Program-made: the position numbers and the translations under genes
NCBI GenBank assembly: GCA_963662545.2
Contig: CAXXLL010000002.1
Coordinates: forward strand, 992,001-1,056,000
DNA: 64,000 nucleotides
Source: Gammaproteobacteria bacterium
GTDB lineage: Bacteria > Pseudomonadota > Gammaproteobacteria > Ga0077536
Direction: 5' to 3'
The notes under the pieces: model-generated
The model's input: the letters and a program-made list of their open reading frames with translations, nothing else
Database searches by the model: none
What the model was told of the DNA's origin: nothing
Part shown: one piece after another, positions 29,098 to 38,673 of the stretch
Layout of the letters: the number at the start of each line of letters is the position of its first letter
How positions within the stretch are numbered: position 1 is the stretch's first letter

Positions 29098-30237
29098 ATG
29101 GAGAAAAAAGCGCTGGCCGTTATCCTCGGCTTGCTAATCAGCAGCACTGTTGCTTTCGCCGAACTCGAATTCGAAGTACTGACAACGGAGCGTCTCCCCG
29201 CCGAGCCCAACCCCCACTGGGTGTGGGTCAACGATATCAACTTCTTCAGCCTGCTGGATGGCAAAGCCTATCTGATCGACGGCGACAACGGCCGTTTTCT
29301 CGGCATGCTGGGGCTCGGGTATTTCCACAACAAGATCATATTTCCCGCGGATGGAAACGTGATTTATACGACCCAGACCTACTATTCGCGTGGCGCTTAC
29401 GGCGAGCGCACCGATTTCATCGGCATTTATGACGCGCGGGATTTGAAACCGATCGGTGAGATCGCCATCCCGAATAAACGCCTGACCGGGATACCTACCC
29501 AGGGCCACACAGCCATCACCGACGAGGATCGATTTATCCTCATCTACAACTTCACGCCGGCGCAATCTGTCACGGTCGTCGATGTGAAAGCGAGCAAAAC
29601 CTTGGGTGAAATCGAAACGCCCGGCTGCTCCCTGGTCTACCCGACAGGCTCGCATCGCTTTTTTATGATCTGCGGCGATGGATCCTTGGTTTCCCTGCAA
29701 CTCGATGACCGTGGCCGGGAAATTGACAAGACGGTTACTAAACCGGTTTTCGACCCGCTGGAAGATCCGATCGAGGAAGACGGCGTTCGCATCGGTAATC
29801 GATGGTCGTTCGTGTCCCGCGAGGGATATGTGTACACGTTCAACGGCGGCGCGGCGGATTTAGCGCTCTCGACCCCCTGGTCATTGCAGAGCACGGCCGA
29901 GCGCAAAGCGTCCTGGCGTGTCGGCGGTTTTCAGATAATCACCGCCCATGCGGCGAGTGGGCGCATGTTCGTCCTGATGCATAAGGGCGGTAAATTTACG
30001 TTTCAGGATCCCGCTGAAGAGATCTGGGTCTACGACCTTGAGCAGAAAGTCCGGCTACAACGCATCAAAGCCAAGCATCCAGCGACTGCCGTGCGGGTCA
30101 GTCAGGACCCCGAGCCGTTGTTGTATACGACGTTTATGGGTGATCCGATCCTCGATGTCTACGATGCCAATACCGGCAAACACCTGCGGACCGTGGAACA
30201 GCTGGGCATCTCACCGACATTTCTGCAAACCCCATGA
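29098..30237 (+). CDS. mauB: TTQ amine dehydrogenase large (beta-propeller) subunit, MauB/AauB-like
   Basis: Signal peptide; TYYSRG.YGERTD, YNFTPAQSV.VVD, TPGC..VYP and CGDGSL motifs. Confidence 0.88.
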   Translation: MEKKALAVILGLLISSTVAFAELEFEVLTTERLPAEPNPHWVWVNDINFFSLLDGKAYLIDGDNGRFLGMLGLGYFHNKIIFPADGNVIYTTQTYYSRGAYGERTDFIGIYDARDLKPIGEIAIPNKRLTGIPTQGHTAITDEDRFILIYNFTPAQSVTVVDVKASKTLGEIETPGCSLVYPTGSHRFFMICGDGSLVSLQLDDRGREIDKTVTKPVFDPLEDPIEEDGVRIGNRWSFVSREGYVYTFNGGAADLALSTPWSLQSTAERKASWRVGGFQIITAHAASGRMFVLMHKGGKFTFQDPAEEIWVYDLEQKVRLQRIKAKHPATAVRVSQDPEPLLYTTFMGDPILDVYDANTGKHLRTVEQLGISPTFLQTP

Positions 30238-30294
30238 AGAACGAGACAAAGGCGATTGGCAATCCCGGCAGCCGCGCCGCGTCAGGAGGTAGCG

Positions 30295-30816
30295 ATGTCC
30301 CGGTTGGATAGCTGGTCGGAGCGTATTTCCCGCAATCTCGCGAAGCGCACCTCGCGACGCAGTTTCCTCACCCGCCTGGGGACTGTGCTGGCGGGTACTG
30401 CCGCATACCCACTGTTGCCGGTCGCGCGCGGCGCGACCGAGGTGCAAGGCGAGCCCGAAGACCCAGGTGATCCGACTAACTGCAATTACTGGCGCTACTG
30501 CGGCATGGACGGCGCGTTGTGCTCATGCTGCGGAGGCACGACGAGCAGCTGTCCGCCCGGCACCGAGCCCTCGGTGGTGAGCTGGATCGGCACTTGCCGT
30601 AACCCGGCCGACAACAAGGACTACGTGATCTCCTATCACGATTGCTGCGGCAAAACGATCTGCCCGCGCTGCACGTGCACCCGCAATGAAGGCGTCGGAC
30701 CCATTTATAGACCCGCCAAGAGTAATGAGATCAACTGGTGCACGGCGAATGCCAATATGGTCATCAACTGCTCGAATGCCGCGATCATCGGGGTGGCGAC
30801 GAAGCCCGATCATTAA
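30295..30816 (+). CDS. mauA: TTQ amine dehydrogenase small subunit, MauA/AauA-like
   Basis: Tat motif SRRSFL; C.YWRYC..DG, CPPGT, SW.GTC.NP, Y.DCCG and INWC motifs, so both TTQ tryptophans are present. Confidence 0.92.
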   Translation: MSRLDSWSERISRNLAKRTSRRSFLTRLGTVLAGTAAYPLLPVARGATEVQGEPEDPGDPTNCNYWRYCGMDGALCSCCGGTTSSCPPGTEPSVVSWIGTCRNPADNKDYVISYHDCCGKTICPRCTCTRNEGVGPIYRPAKSNEINWCTANANMVINCSNAAIIGVATKPDH

Positions 30817-30932
30817 TCAAAGCCAGGCATCGATCCCCTTTTACTGCAACGCCATATTCCGGATTTACCAGATGTCCGGGCTGGGGACCTTTAACTTCGG
30901 CTTGCCCGGCAACGTCGGTTTAGAGTTCGGAA

Positions 30933-30962
30933 TACCCGCAGCGCCGTAACGCGCTGCGGGTA
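30933..30962. terminator. Hairpin between convergent genes (possible bidirectional terminator)
   Basis: TACCCGCAGCGC-N6-GCGCTGCGGGTA perfect stem; no strong U-tract. Confidence 0.5.
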
Positions 30963-30987
30963 ACGAACGTAGATCCTTAGCCCGTGC

Positions 30988-31389
30988 TCAATCGATGAGC
31001 GCGATGCACTCGATCTCGAGCATCAGTTCGGGCGCCGCTAGGCGCGTGCAACCGATCCAAGTCGAGGCCGGTGGCGCGGAAGCCGCTTCTTCATAGAACT
31101 TGATGCGAACGTCGTTGTTCGCTTCGAGCGCTTCTATGTCGGTGGTAAAGACGGTTTCCTTGATCACGTTCTGGAAAGTTGCGCCGTTCGCTTCCAGAAT
31201 TTCCTTGAGATCCGTGTAGACCGCCGCGATCTGGGCTTTCATGTCACCCTCGCCGATGATGTTCCCCTCGGCGTCCCAGCTGACGCAGCCCGAGATGTAC
31301 AAAGTATTGCCGGCCTTGACCGCTTGAGCGTAGTAGAATCCTTTCTCTAGTTCGGGACGTTTGTGATAGATCTGATTGGCGTTGGGCAT
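30988..31389 (-). CDS. RidA/YjgF/UK114 family protein
   Basis: YAQAVKAGNTLYISG, PPASTWIG and L..PELMLEIECIA motifs. Confidence 0.9.
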   Translation of the reverse strand: MPNANQIYHKRPELEKGFYYAQAVKAGNTLYISGCVSWDAEGNIIGEGDMKAQIAAVYTDLKEILEANGATFQNVIKETVFTTDIEALEANNDVRIKFYEEAASAPPASTWIGCTRLAAPELMLEIECIALID

Positions 31390-31538
31390 GGTGTTCCTCC
31401 GAATTATCGTTCTCTCATCAATACTGACGGATCGACGTGCCGGGTGGAGTCAGTGACCCCGCCCGGACGACTTGAGAGTTTACACGTATTGGCGGCTTGC
31501 GCCGCGGTTGATTAGAAGTTGATACGAACGGTTGCAGT

Positions 31539-31868
31539 GACCCACCGCTAGGCCGCGTCGGCATGACCGAGCGCGAGGTGCGCGCATCGGGCCGCCGCGC
31601 ACTGATCGGCAAACGCATGATGACGCGCGTCGGTCGTGCGCGGGAATTCGGCGACACGCGGGGCTTCATGAAGGTCATCGTCGACGCTGACACCGAAGAA
31701 ATCCTCGGTGCCGCCATCCTCGGGCTCAATGGCGACGAAGCCGTGCAGTCGCTACTCGACATGATGTACGCAGGGAAACCCTACACAACCATTGCCAGGG
31801 CCGTGCACATACATCCCACCGTCTCGGAACTGATACCAACGATGTTGCAGGATTTGAAACCGCTTTAG
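31539..31868 (+). pseudogene. C-terminal dimerisation-domain fragment of a pyridine nucleotide-disulfide oxidoreductase
   Basis: DPPLGRVGMTE...ILGAAILG..GDE...HIHPTVSE; in-frame stop upstream at 31509; FAD and NAD domains absent. Confidence 0.8.
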
Positions 31869-31918
31869 GGCAGCGACGACGAGGGCGGCTTGGCCGTGCC
31901 TTCGTTAATGTGCGGGAT

Positions 31919-32869
31919 CTACAGAGTCTCTGCGAATTCCCTGATCCGCGCGGCCAGCGCCTCGGGCTGATCGAGCGACAGGAAGTGCCCGGCATGCGCG
32001 ATGGTCACTGAGCTTGCCCGCGGGATCTCGCTCACCGTGCGTCGCCGGTCCACCTCGCGTGACCAGTCCTTATCACCGTAGATGACCAGTACCGGGACAG
32101 CGATATCCGCGTAGCACGCATGTATCGCCGGCCAGCGCTCGATCAGGCGCAGCAGGTAATGGAACTGACGATAGTGATCTCGCTGGTGCCCGGCGACCAT
32201 CATCTCATTCAGCAAGGCGGGCGGAATCGACTTCGGATCGGCCACACCGCCTTTGAACAGCGCCGCCTCGATAAACGCGTTTCGTAGCCTGAGAAAAGTC
32301 GTACCGATGATGGGTACCGGTCCCAGGGTAAACAGGATCCGAAGCAGCAGGCTGCCGCGTACGGACCAGCGCCGACCGTAATCGAAGGTGTTGATCGCCA
32401 CCACCGCGCGGATCGCGGGATGGCCGTCGGCGGCCATCAGGAGTGGGATATTGGCCCCGATAGATTGGCCGGCCACGATGGCGTCCTTGATCTCCAGTGC
32501 CTCCAGGAATCCTGCTACGGACTCGGTTAGCAGCTCGACGCTTACCGGCTCACGCGGGATGTCGGACCAGCCGTGCGCCGGTAGATCGGGTGCATAGACA
32601 GTAAAACGCTCGGCGAGCTCCGCTATCATTTTCTGGTAGATGTCGAGTTGGGTGCGCATGGTGTGCAGCAGGATGAGCGCTGGGCCGTCGCCGGTTTTCA
32701 CGTAGCGCATTTCATGTCCGTTCACCGAGACGTAGTGCATAGACAGGTGCGGCCCCCAACTGAACGCGCTGGGTGCGTCTGGATGTCGCCGCAGTCTCTC
32801 GACCAACAGCGACACGAATACGACTCCCAATCCGGATGCGGCGAGCGCCAAGATGATTTGACCGATCAT
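31919..32869 (-). CDS. Alpha/beta hydrolase with N-terminal TM anchor
   Basis: YAPDLPAHGWS, GQSIG nucleophile elbow, YGDKD and AGHF motifs. Confidence 0.88.
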   Translation of the reverse strand: MIGQIILALAASGLGVVFVSLLVERLRRHPDAPSAFSWGPHLSMHYVSVNGHEMRYVKTGDGPALILLHTMRTQLDIYQKMIAELAERFTVYAPDLPAHGWSDIPREPVSVELLTESVAGFLEALEIKDAIVAGQSIGANIPLLMAADGHPAIRAVVAINTFDYGRRWSVRGSLLLRILFTLGPVPIIGTTFLRLRNAFIEAALFKGGVADPKSIPPALLNEMMVAGHQRDHYRQFHYLLRLIERWPAIHACYADIAVPVLVIYGDKDWSREVDRRRTVSEIPRASSVTIAHAGHFLSLDQPEALAARIREFAETL

Positions 32870-32886
32870 ATGGACGTCTCCTTCTG

Positions 32887-33792
32887 TCAGGCCGCGGACG
32901 ATAACGGGCGTTCGCCGATGAATTCGGCACGATGTGCCCGCACGAAATCAGCGAGTTCCTGCGGCGCCTGGCCGCCGATCCGTTCAACGACGTCGGTTCG
33001 GGCACTGAAGATCCCGTGCTGGTGATCTTCGGCCACGGCCGCGAGGTGGTCTGCAAGAAATCGGGGAAACCCGATCGGGCCAACCAGCGCTTCGTGCCAA
33101 GCATCCACGGGTATATTCACGTAGTCGACGGAGCGGCCGAGTATATCGCCGATGACTTCGGCCATCTCGACGAGCGTCATGTTGCGCGGGCCGGTCAGGA
33201 CCAATCGTTGTCCGACATGCGGTGCCGGGTCCTCGAGCAGGCCGACGACGACGCGTGCAATGTCCGCGGCGGCCACGGGCGCATGCCGGGCATCGCCGAA
33301 AGGCAGCAGCATCTTCCCTTCGTTCATCAGGGTCGGGCCGGTGAAGAGATAGAGGTCCTCGGCGAAGAACGTGGGACGAATGTGGGCGGCGCCAATATGG
33401 GCCCAGTCCAGGATGTGCTCCGATTGCCAGTGCTGATAGGCCAGCTTGCTGCGGGCGTGCTCGCGTGCCGAGATCTGCGACATGTTGACGAGCGCTTTCA
33501 CTTCGGCCCGGTGCGCGGCGATGGCGATGTTCGTCGTCGCTTCGACCAGCCGGTCCGCCGTCGGGTAGCAGAAGTAAGCGCGCTCTACGCCGCGCATGGC
33601 CGCGTGCAGTGAGGGCAGGTCGAGGAAGTCGCCGACCACGGTATCGGCACCGCGGGCGGCCAGGCGTTCGGCCCGGATATCCCATGTGCGCACCATGGCG
33701 CGCACGGGGTGTCCGCGTGCAATTAGCTGCTCGACTACGTGCGAGCCGGCCTTGCCGGTCGCGCCCGTAACCAGGATTGGTTTGTCGTTCAT
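32887..33792 (-). CDS. NmrA-like NAD(P)H-binding protein
   Basis: ILVTGATGKAG, IRPTFFAE and V...DIARV motifs. Confidence 0.9.
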   Translation of the reverse strand: MNDKPILVTGATGKAGSHVVEQLIARGHPVRAMVRTWDIRAERLAARGADTVVGDFLDLPSLHAAMRGVERAYFCYPTADRLVEATTNIAIAAHRAEVKALVNMSQISAREHARSKLAYQHWQSEHILDWAHIGAAHIRPTFFAEDLYLFTGPTLMNEGKMLLPFGDARHAPVAAADIARVVVGLLEDPAPHVGQRLVLTGPRNMTLVEMAEVIGDILGRSVDYVNIPVDAWHEALVGPIGFPRFLADHLAAVAEDHQHGIFSARTDVVERIGGQAPQELADFVRAHRAEFIGERPLSSAA

Positions 33793-33871
33793 GAGAGTGT
33801 CCTTTTTGCGTTGCTCGGTTGAATTCAAATGGAACAGGCGCAGCGAAAATCCGCTGCGCCTGTCAGCGCCG

Positions 33872-34294
33872 TTATGAGCGGCTGTCCTCGAATTGCTCCT
33901 GGTCGGCGATCTTGATCTCGGTCCGCCGGTCTAACGGGCGATACTTCTCGAGATTTGCCGATTCGTCGTTGGCATAGCTTCGAATGTTGATGAAGTAGTA
34001 CATCGAGGGATAGGGCGACGTTTCGTGCACCTCTGCACTCGTGACTGTCTGCCGGCGCGCGGCCTGACTCTCGTGGTACCAGCCTTCGCCCGTTTTAAGA
34101 GAGCCCGGGCTGCCCGTCGCGAACGATGCGTCGGGCGAGATGTGGGCGGGCGGGAAGACGGGGTCTGCCTGGCCGGGGTTGGCGGAGAGGGCGAGGAGCC
34201 CTGCCAGCAAAGCGACGGTAAGCGGCCGCACGCGGGGGGCCGGCGCATCGTGCACCGCGGCGAGTGGGGTTTGATATGACTGACGATTGTTCAT
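33872..34294 (-). CDS. Hypothetical exported protein
   Basis: SD AGGAG before ATG 34294; signal-like LTVALLAGLLALSANPGQA; first gene of the apparent operon with nmrA-like and hydrolase genes. Confidence 0.55.
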   Translation of the reverse strand: MNNRQSYQTPLAAVHDAPAPRVRPLTVALLAGLLALSANPGQADPVFPPAHISPDASFATGSPGSLKTGEGWYHESQAARRQTVTSAEVHETSPYPSMYYFINIRSYANDESANLEKYRPLDRRTEIKIADQEQFEDSRS

Positions 34295-34432
34295 GCTCGG
34301 TCTCCTGATTTGCGAAACATTAAGTAGATGTCGGGAGTGAGTATTGCCGGTAGGAAACGCGGCCAGAAGTTTCAATAAGTCAGTAACGCGACGTTACAAT
34401 GTGCCGTAACGCGGACGGAGGCTCGCGCTACG

Positions 34433-36028
34433 GTGCAAGAATCCATGGGGAAAGAACAACGGGGTGCGCCTGACCAGGCATTGATCGCGGCCGCGTTGGA
34501 GCGAATTCTCTCAGACCCGATCTTGGTCCAGGCGGGTCGCCAGAGCCGTTTGCTGCGCTACATCATCGAAGAGACCGCGGCCGGCCGCAGCGCCAAGATC
34601 AACCAGTACTCGATCGCCGTGGACGTCTTCGATCGGGACGCCGATTTCGATCCTGCCGTCGATTCGATCGTGCGCGTCGAGTTTGGCAGGCTGCGATCAA
34701 AGCTGGGCGAGTTCTACCAGGCCCACCCGGACGAACGCGTGATCTTCAGGCTGCCGAAGGGGCGCTATTTTGCGGACATCGAAATTAACACCCCCACGGG
34801 CGGCGTTCCGGTCAGTGCCGGCATCAACGACCGCCCGTCGGTTGCCGTCCTGCCGTTTATCAACTTCAGCAGTGATGCGGAAGGTGAGTATTTTGCCGAC
34901 GGCATGACCGACGACCTGATCACCGACTTGTCGAGGCTGTCAGGATTGAGGGTGATCGCGCGCAACTCGGTGTTCGTCTACAAGGGACGCGACGTCCCCG
35001 TGCACGTGATTGGCGAGGAATTAGGCGTCGATCACGTCTTGGAGGGCAGCGTGCGCCGCCAGGGCAATCGGCTGCGGATCAACGCGCAACTCATCTATTG
35101 TCCCAGCGGGGAACATCTGTGGGCCGATCGGTTCGACCGGGAAGTTGAAGACGTCTTCCAGGTGCAGGATGAGGTCGGTCGGCGAATCGTCAACGCTCTG
35201 TCCATCGCGCTCAGTGCTACGGATCGATTCCGCTTCTCCGAACGCGGTACGCGGAACCTGCAGGCCTATGACTGTGTCCTCAGAGCGGTACCCTACGACT
35301 GGTCGCGCGAAGGCATTGAGACGGCGTACGCCCTTTACGACCAGGCCATCGCACTCGACCCGGAATATGCGCTGCCGCACGCGAAGATGGGCGAAAATCG
35401 CTGGTACGCGTGGTGGAGCGCCTGGAGTGAGCAGAATGCCATCGACCATGCGGCGCATCTTGCCGAGCGCGCGCTGAAGCTCGATGACGAGCTTGCTGAT
35501 GGTCATGCGATCTTCGGGTTCATCCAGTTCTGGCTTGGTGATTTCGAGTTGGCCGACGCCCACGGTGAGCGCGCGATCGCTCTCGATCCCGGCAACGTGC
35601 GTGCTCTGGAACGGCGGGTGATCTCCCTGGCTTATCGCGCCCGCTTCGAAGAGGCGCAGGGCTATCTGGAGCGTGCCAGATCGCTCAACCCGCACGAACC
35701 CTATTTCTATCCGCGGGGCCTGCTGGCGTATATGGGAGGCGAGGTGGATGAAGCCTTAACGCTCTTCTCGGAGAGCGCGGCGCGCTTCCCGGCGTTCATG
35801 CCGACGCGGCAGTTCCTCGCCTCAATCCATGCGCTTCGCGGCGATAAGGAAATTGCGTATGGACACGTCTCGGAAATGCAGCGCATCAGTCCGGAATTGA
35901 ATTTGGAGCGAGCCCTGAACGTTTCGCTGGCGCTGAAAAGCGACGCGGTGGTACGGATGCGCGAGGGTTTGAAGGCTGCCTGGGCGATGCACCGTCCTCA
36001 GAAGAGGGCGAAACCCCGGAAACGCTAG
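34433..36028 (+). CDS. TolB_N-like/TPR regulator with putative N-terminal DNA-binding domain
   Basis: ALERIL..RLLRYIIEE..FDPAVDSIVRVE..RLR.KL; PSVAVLPF.NFS...EYFADGMTDDLIT; C-terminal TPRs. Confidence 0.82.
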   Translation: MQESMGKEQRGAPDQALIAAALERILSDPILVQAGRQSRLLRYIIEETAAGRSAKINQYSIAVDVFDRDADFDPAVDSIVRVEFGRLRSKLGEFYQAHPDERVIFRLPKGRYFADIEINTPTGGVPVSAGINDRPSVAVLPFINFSSDAEGEYFADGMTDDLITDLSRLSGLRVIARNSVFVYKGRDVPVHVIGEELGVDHVLEGSVRRQGNRLRINAQLIYCPSGEHLWADRFDREVEDVFQVQDEVGRRIVNALSIALSATDRFRFSERGTRNLQAYDCVLRAVPYDWSREGIETAYALYDQAIALDPEYALPHAKMGENRWYAWWSAWSEQNAIDHAAHLAERALKLDDELADGHAIFGFIQFWLGDFELADAHGERAIALDPGNVRALERRVISLAYRARFEEAQGYLERARSLNPHEPYFYPRGLLAYMGGEVDEALTLFSESAARFPAFMPTRQFLASIHALRGDKEIAYGHVSEMQRISPELNLERALNVSLALKSDAVVRMREGLKAAWAMHRPQKRAKPRKR

Positions 36029-36226
36029 CCCGGAAATTTCACCAGGATTCAAAAATTAGCCCCATGCTGGCGAAGCAGCTCGGGCCTAAACCCGAATAGG
36101 GCGGCGGGCCATTTAAGTGAGACGGTGAAAACAGATGTTACTCATTGAATGTACCCGAATACGGCGCCGGCGCGGTACTTGTAAAGTACGGTGGCTCGTG
36201 CGCTCCCTTCTTTCGTCCAGCCTTGC

Positions 36227-36391
36227 CTAGTGTGCTGTCCCGTAATAAACCTTCATAATTCGCTGGTCCTCGCACCACGCTGCGGCGTTGCTCGTCGTTG
36301 CCGTATTCCCGATACGACGCCTCCTCGCGCCTTGCATCGCGGCACGAGTCCTGCGCGACTTATCGAAGTTTATTACGGGACAGCACACTAG
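36227..36391. repeat. 165-bp CTAG-flanked palindromic element, copy 2
   Basis: Terminal IR CTAGTGTGCTGTCCCGTAATAAAC / GTTTATTACGGGACAGCACACTAG. Confidence 0.88.
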
Positions 36392-36411
36392 CACGTATAC
36401 TCGGCGATGCC

Positions 36412-37632
36412 ATGGCGCCATCTTCGAAACACCTGCTGAGCCGCTTTCGCGTCCTCGATCTGACGCGGGCCGTCGCCGGGCCGACGTGTACCCGCATGTT
36501 CGCGGAACTGGGCGCCGAGGTCATCAAGATTGAGTCCGCGCCAGACGGCGATATGGCCCGTTCGATATCGAAGCTCCGCAACGAACGCAGCCTCTACTAT
36601 ATCCAGCACAATTTGAACAAGAAAAGCGTCTGCATTGATTTTCGGAAACCCGGCGGACTCGATCTCATTCGCGAACTCGTGCCACACTGCGATGTCGTCG
36701 TCGAAAATTACAAGCCCGGCGTGATAGCGAACATGGGCATGAGTTTCGACGATCTGAAACGCATGCGAAAGGACATCATCCTGTGTTCAATCTCAGCGCT
36801 CGGACAGACCGGCCCTTTGTCGGGCAAGCCCGGTTACGACTACATCGGGCAAGCCTATTCCGGCATCACATCGATGATCGGCGCAAAGGGCGAAGCCCCT
36901 TACATCCCGCTCGCGGCCATGGGGGACGTCAGCACCGGTGTCACGGCCGCCTTCGCGATCACGGCCGCGCTGCTCGACCGCGCGGAGACGGGGGAGGGGC
37001 AGCATCTCGATATCGGCCTGCTCGACTGCTACTACCATTACCATGAACTCAACGTCCATCGATACAGTGGCAGCAACGGCGCCTTGAATCCGACGCGAGA
37101 GGGCCGCCACCTGTCATATATCTGTCCCGCAGGGGTTTATCAAGCGACCGGCGGCTCGATCGTTTTGATAGCGTTCATGCAGCATTGGGCCGATCTATGC
37201 GCCGCGATGGAGCGCCCGGATCTGATCGACGACGCGTGTTTCGCCACCGACGAGGCACGGCTGGAGCGCCTCGATGAGGTCGTGGCCATGGTCGAGCGCT
37301 GGCTTCAGACCTTCCCGGACGTGGATTCTGTCATCGCAAGGATGGAGGCCCACGGCGTGCCATGTGCACCGGTGCTGAGCGTTGAGGAAACGATCACCCA
37401 CCCGCATCTCGTCGAGCGTGGCACGGTGAGAACGATACGCGACCCGATCGCGGGCGAGTTCGCGATCCCGGGGATGCCGGTCAAGACTTCTGCCTACCCG
37501 ACGCATCCCGCCTACGTCGCGCCGCGCCTGGGCGAACACAACCGAGAGGTCCTGCGCGACATTCTCGGCAAGAGTGCGGACGAAATCGAGGCTTTCGAGA
37601 ACGACGGTCTCCTGCACAGCGGTGAGGTCTAG
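36412..37632 (+). CDS. CaiB/BaiF family III CoA-transferase
   Basis: RVLDLTRAVAGP, LGAEVIKIE, N.NKKSV, VVENYKPG, PGYD and D.STG motifs. Confidence 0.92.
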   Translation: MAPSSKHLLSRFRVLDLTRAVAGPTCTRMFAELGAEVIKIESAPDGDMARSISKLRNERSLYYIQHNLNKKSVCIDFRKPGGLDLIRELVPHCDVVVENYKPGVIANMGMSFDDLKRMRKDIILCSISALGQTGPLSGKPGYDYIGQAYSGITSMIGAKGEAPYIPLAAMGDVSTGVTAAFAITAALLDRAETGEGQHLDIGLLDCYYHYHELNVHRYSGSNGALNPTREGRHLSYICPAGVYQATGGSIVLIAFMQHWADLCAAMERPDLIDDACFATDEARLERLDEVVAMVERWLQTFPDVDSVIARMEAHGVPCAPVLSVEETITHPHLVERGTVRTIRDPIAGEFAIPGMPVKTSAYPTHPAYVAPRLGEHNREVLRDILGKSADEIEAFENDGLLHSGEV

Positions 37633-37670
37633 TCGGCACTAATCGCGTCCGTTTCGTCGCTCCTCGAAAC

Positions 37671-38549
37671 TTACGCAATGAACTCAGCGGTCAACTCGAG
37701 GAACCCTTCAAGCTGGTCATGGTGAACCCAATGACCCGCGTTTTCGAAACCGACCGTTCGTGCGTTCCGAAAATGAGCGGCCCTCCCATCTATTGCCGGG
37801 TCTGACGCCCAGCTTTCCTTCCCATTGACCAGCAGGGTCGGGCAGTTGATGCGATTCCATAATCCATGCAGCTCCGATGCAGGTACGTCATAAGGCGGCC
37901 AGGAGCGGACGTAGTTGTCGAATTTCCAGGAGAAGCTGCCATCCTCGTTCTGATCAATGCCATGCACGGTCAAATGGCGGGCCTGTTCGGGAGAGAGATG
38001 CTTGTTCTCGGCCTGCATGCGCTTAAAGGCTTCCTCGATCGTGCCATAGCGCCGCGGCACTCGCGCAGCTAAGCCCCGCCGTTCATCGATCCACGCCCGC
38101 ATCCGGTCATCCAGAGTCCGGCTCGCCCGTTTCGCCAGCAGTTCCGGTGACAAGCCCAGGCCTTCGATCGCCACCAGCCTGCGCACTGAATCGGGATAAA
38201 TGCCGGTGTAGCGCAGCGCGATATTGCCGCCCAGCGAATGGCCGATGAGGGTGACCGGCGCCAGGTTTTGCTGATGGATGAGCTGTGCCAGGTCGTAGAC
38301 ATAGCCGGCCATGTCGTATTGACCGTCGGCCGACCATTCGCTGTCGCCGTGGCCGCGCAAATCAGGGGCGATCACATGCCAGCTTTCGCGCAGAGCGAGC
38401 GCGACCCAGTCCCAGTTCCGGCAGTGATCGCGACCGCCATGAACCAGCAACAGAGGCTTTGCGGTCGGATTTCCCCAATCGACGTAGTGCAGTCGCAGGC
38501 GTTGCGAAAAGTAACTGTGCGACGTGGGGCCTGATATCTCATCGGACAT
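37671..38549 (-). CDS. Alpha/beta hydrolase
   Basis: LVHGG.DH, APDLRGHGDS, GHSLGG and AGHWVHHDQ motifs. Confidence 0.92.
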   Translation of the reverse strand: MSDEISGPTSHSYFSQRLRLHYVDWGNPTAKPLLLVHGGRDHCRNWDWVALALRESWHVIAPDLRGHGDSEWSADGQYDMAGYVYDLAQLIHQQNLAPVTLIGHSLGGNIALRYTGIYPDSVRRLVAIEGLGLSPELLAKRASRTLDDRMRAWIDERRGLAARVPRRYGTIEEAFKRMQAENKHLSPEQARHLTVHGIDQNEDGSFSWKFDNYVRSWPPYDVPASELHGLWNRINCPTLLVNGKESWASDPAIDGRAAHFRNARTVGFENAGHWVHHDQLEGFLELTAEFIA

Positions 38550-38673
38550 AAGAAACTCTCGTGTACGGCAATCGCCGTTAAGATTAGAACGGTTTTCGGC
38601 TCCGGGAAAGGATGTACGCTGCCGGCGTGACTATTTATAAATTACTCGGGCTTCTTACTACTTGCTCAACGGA

